Of a stretch of 64,000 nucleotides of DNA, positions 63,648 through 64,000 are shown in pieces. A program made the translations under genes and the position numbers. The stretch lies in contig NC_135656.1 of NCBI RefSeq assembly GCF_964188315.1, positions 51,274,001 to 51,338,000 on the forward strand, written 5' to 3'. This DNA comes from Podarcis muralis (lineage: Eukaryota). Numbering within the stretch: position 1 is the first letter of the stretch; each line of letters begins with the position of its first letter. The notes below the pieces were generated by a model that worked only from the letters and a program-made list of their open reading frames with translations, ran no database searches and had not been told where the DNA came from.

Positions 63648-64000
63648 TTTGATGTGAATGTGCTCATCATCTCAGCAAAAACACGCAAGTGTTGCCAGGG
63701 AAGAGGCTACAATCCCAGTGCTATCCAGCAAAATGTTAAGCACGCTTTAACCTCTTGCTTAACTATGTTAGGTTGTGGACTGCAGCTTTATATCTACAAT
63801 TTGGTCACATATCATGGCATGCTATATCTCACTAATCTTTTCCTCCCCTGGCTGAAACCTGGTAAATGTCCCAGTGAAAACAGATAAATTAGAAATGGGA
63901 ATATTTTGTGCATCTTCCATCTTGTCTAGCCATCAAGCCACAGAACATGCTGTGCTGTTATTGATTTAATCCCAAGCGTTTCCAAACTATCTTGGGGGGG

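Overview
Repeat-rich squamate genomic DNA, most consistent with a lacertid lizard given the Sauria SINEs, BovB, lizard L1/L2/CR1 and the MITE families. It looks intronic or intergenic: I recognise no host protein-coding exon, structural RNA gene or CRISPR array. The ORFs with a recognisable product are retroelement-derived (L1 ORF2 C-terminus, BovB RT C-terminus, L2 RT). The window holds L1 fragments of several ages, one BovB, several L2 and CR1 remnants, Sauria, MIR-like and tRNA/CR1-tail SINEs, many hAT and Tc1/mariner MITEs with exact target-site duplications (TSDs), LTR-like elements and microsatellites. The two most notable structures are composite retrotransposition products. One is a BovB insertion that carries, inside its 13-bp TSD, a ~131-bp copy of DNA found 5.2 kb away. 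The other is an inverted Sauria-SINE tail fused head-to-head to a 5'-truncated L1. Several unique stretches have promoter- or enhancer-like motif clusters, which are inferences only. I found no convincing new gene system. Family names come from motif recognition by eye, not from database searches.
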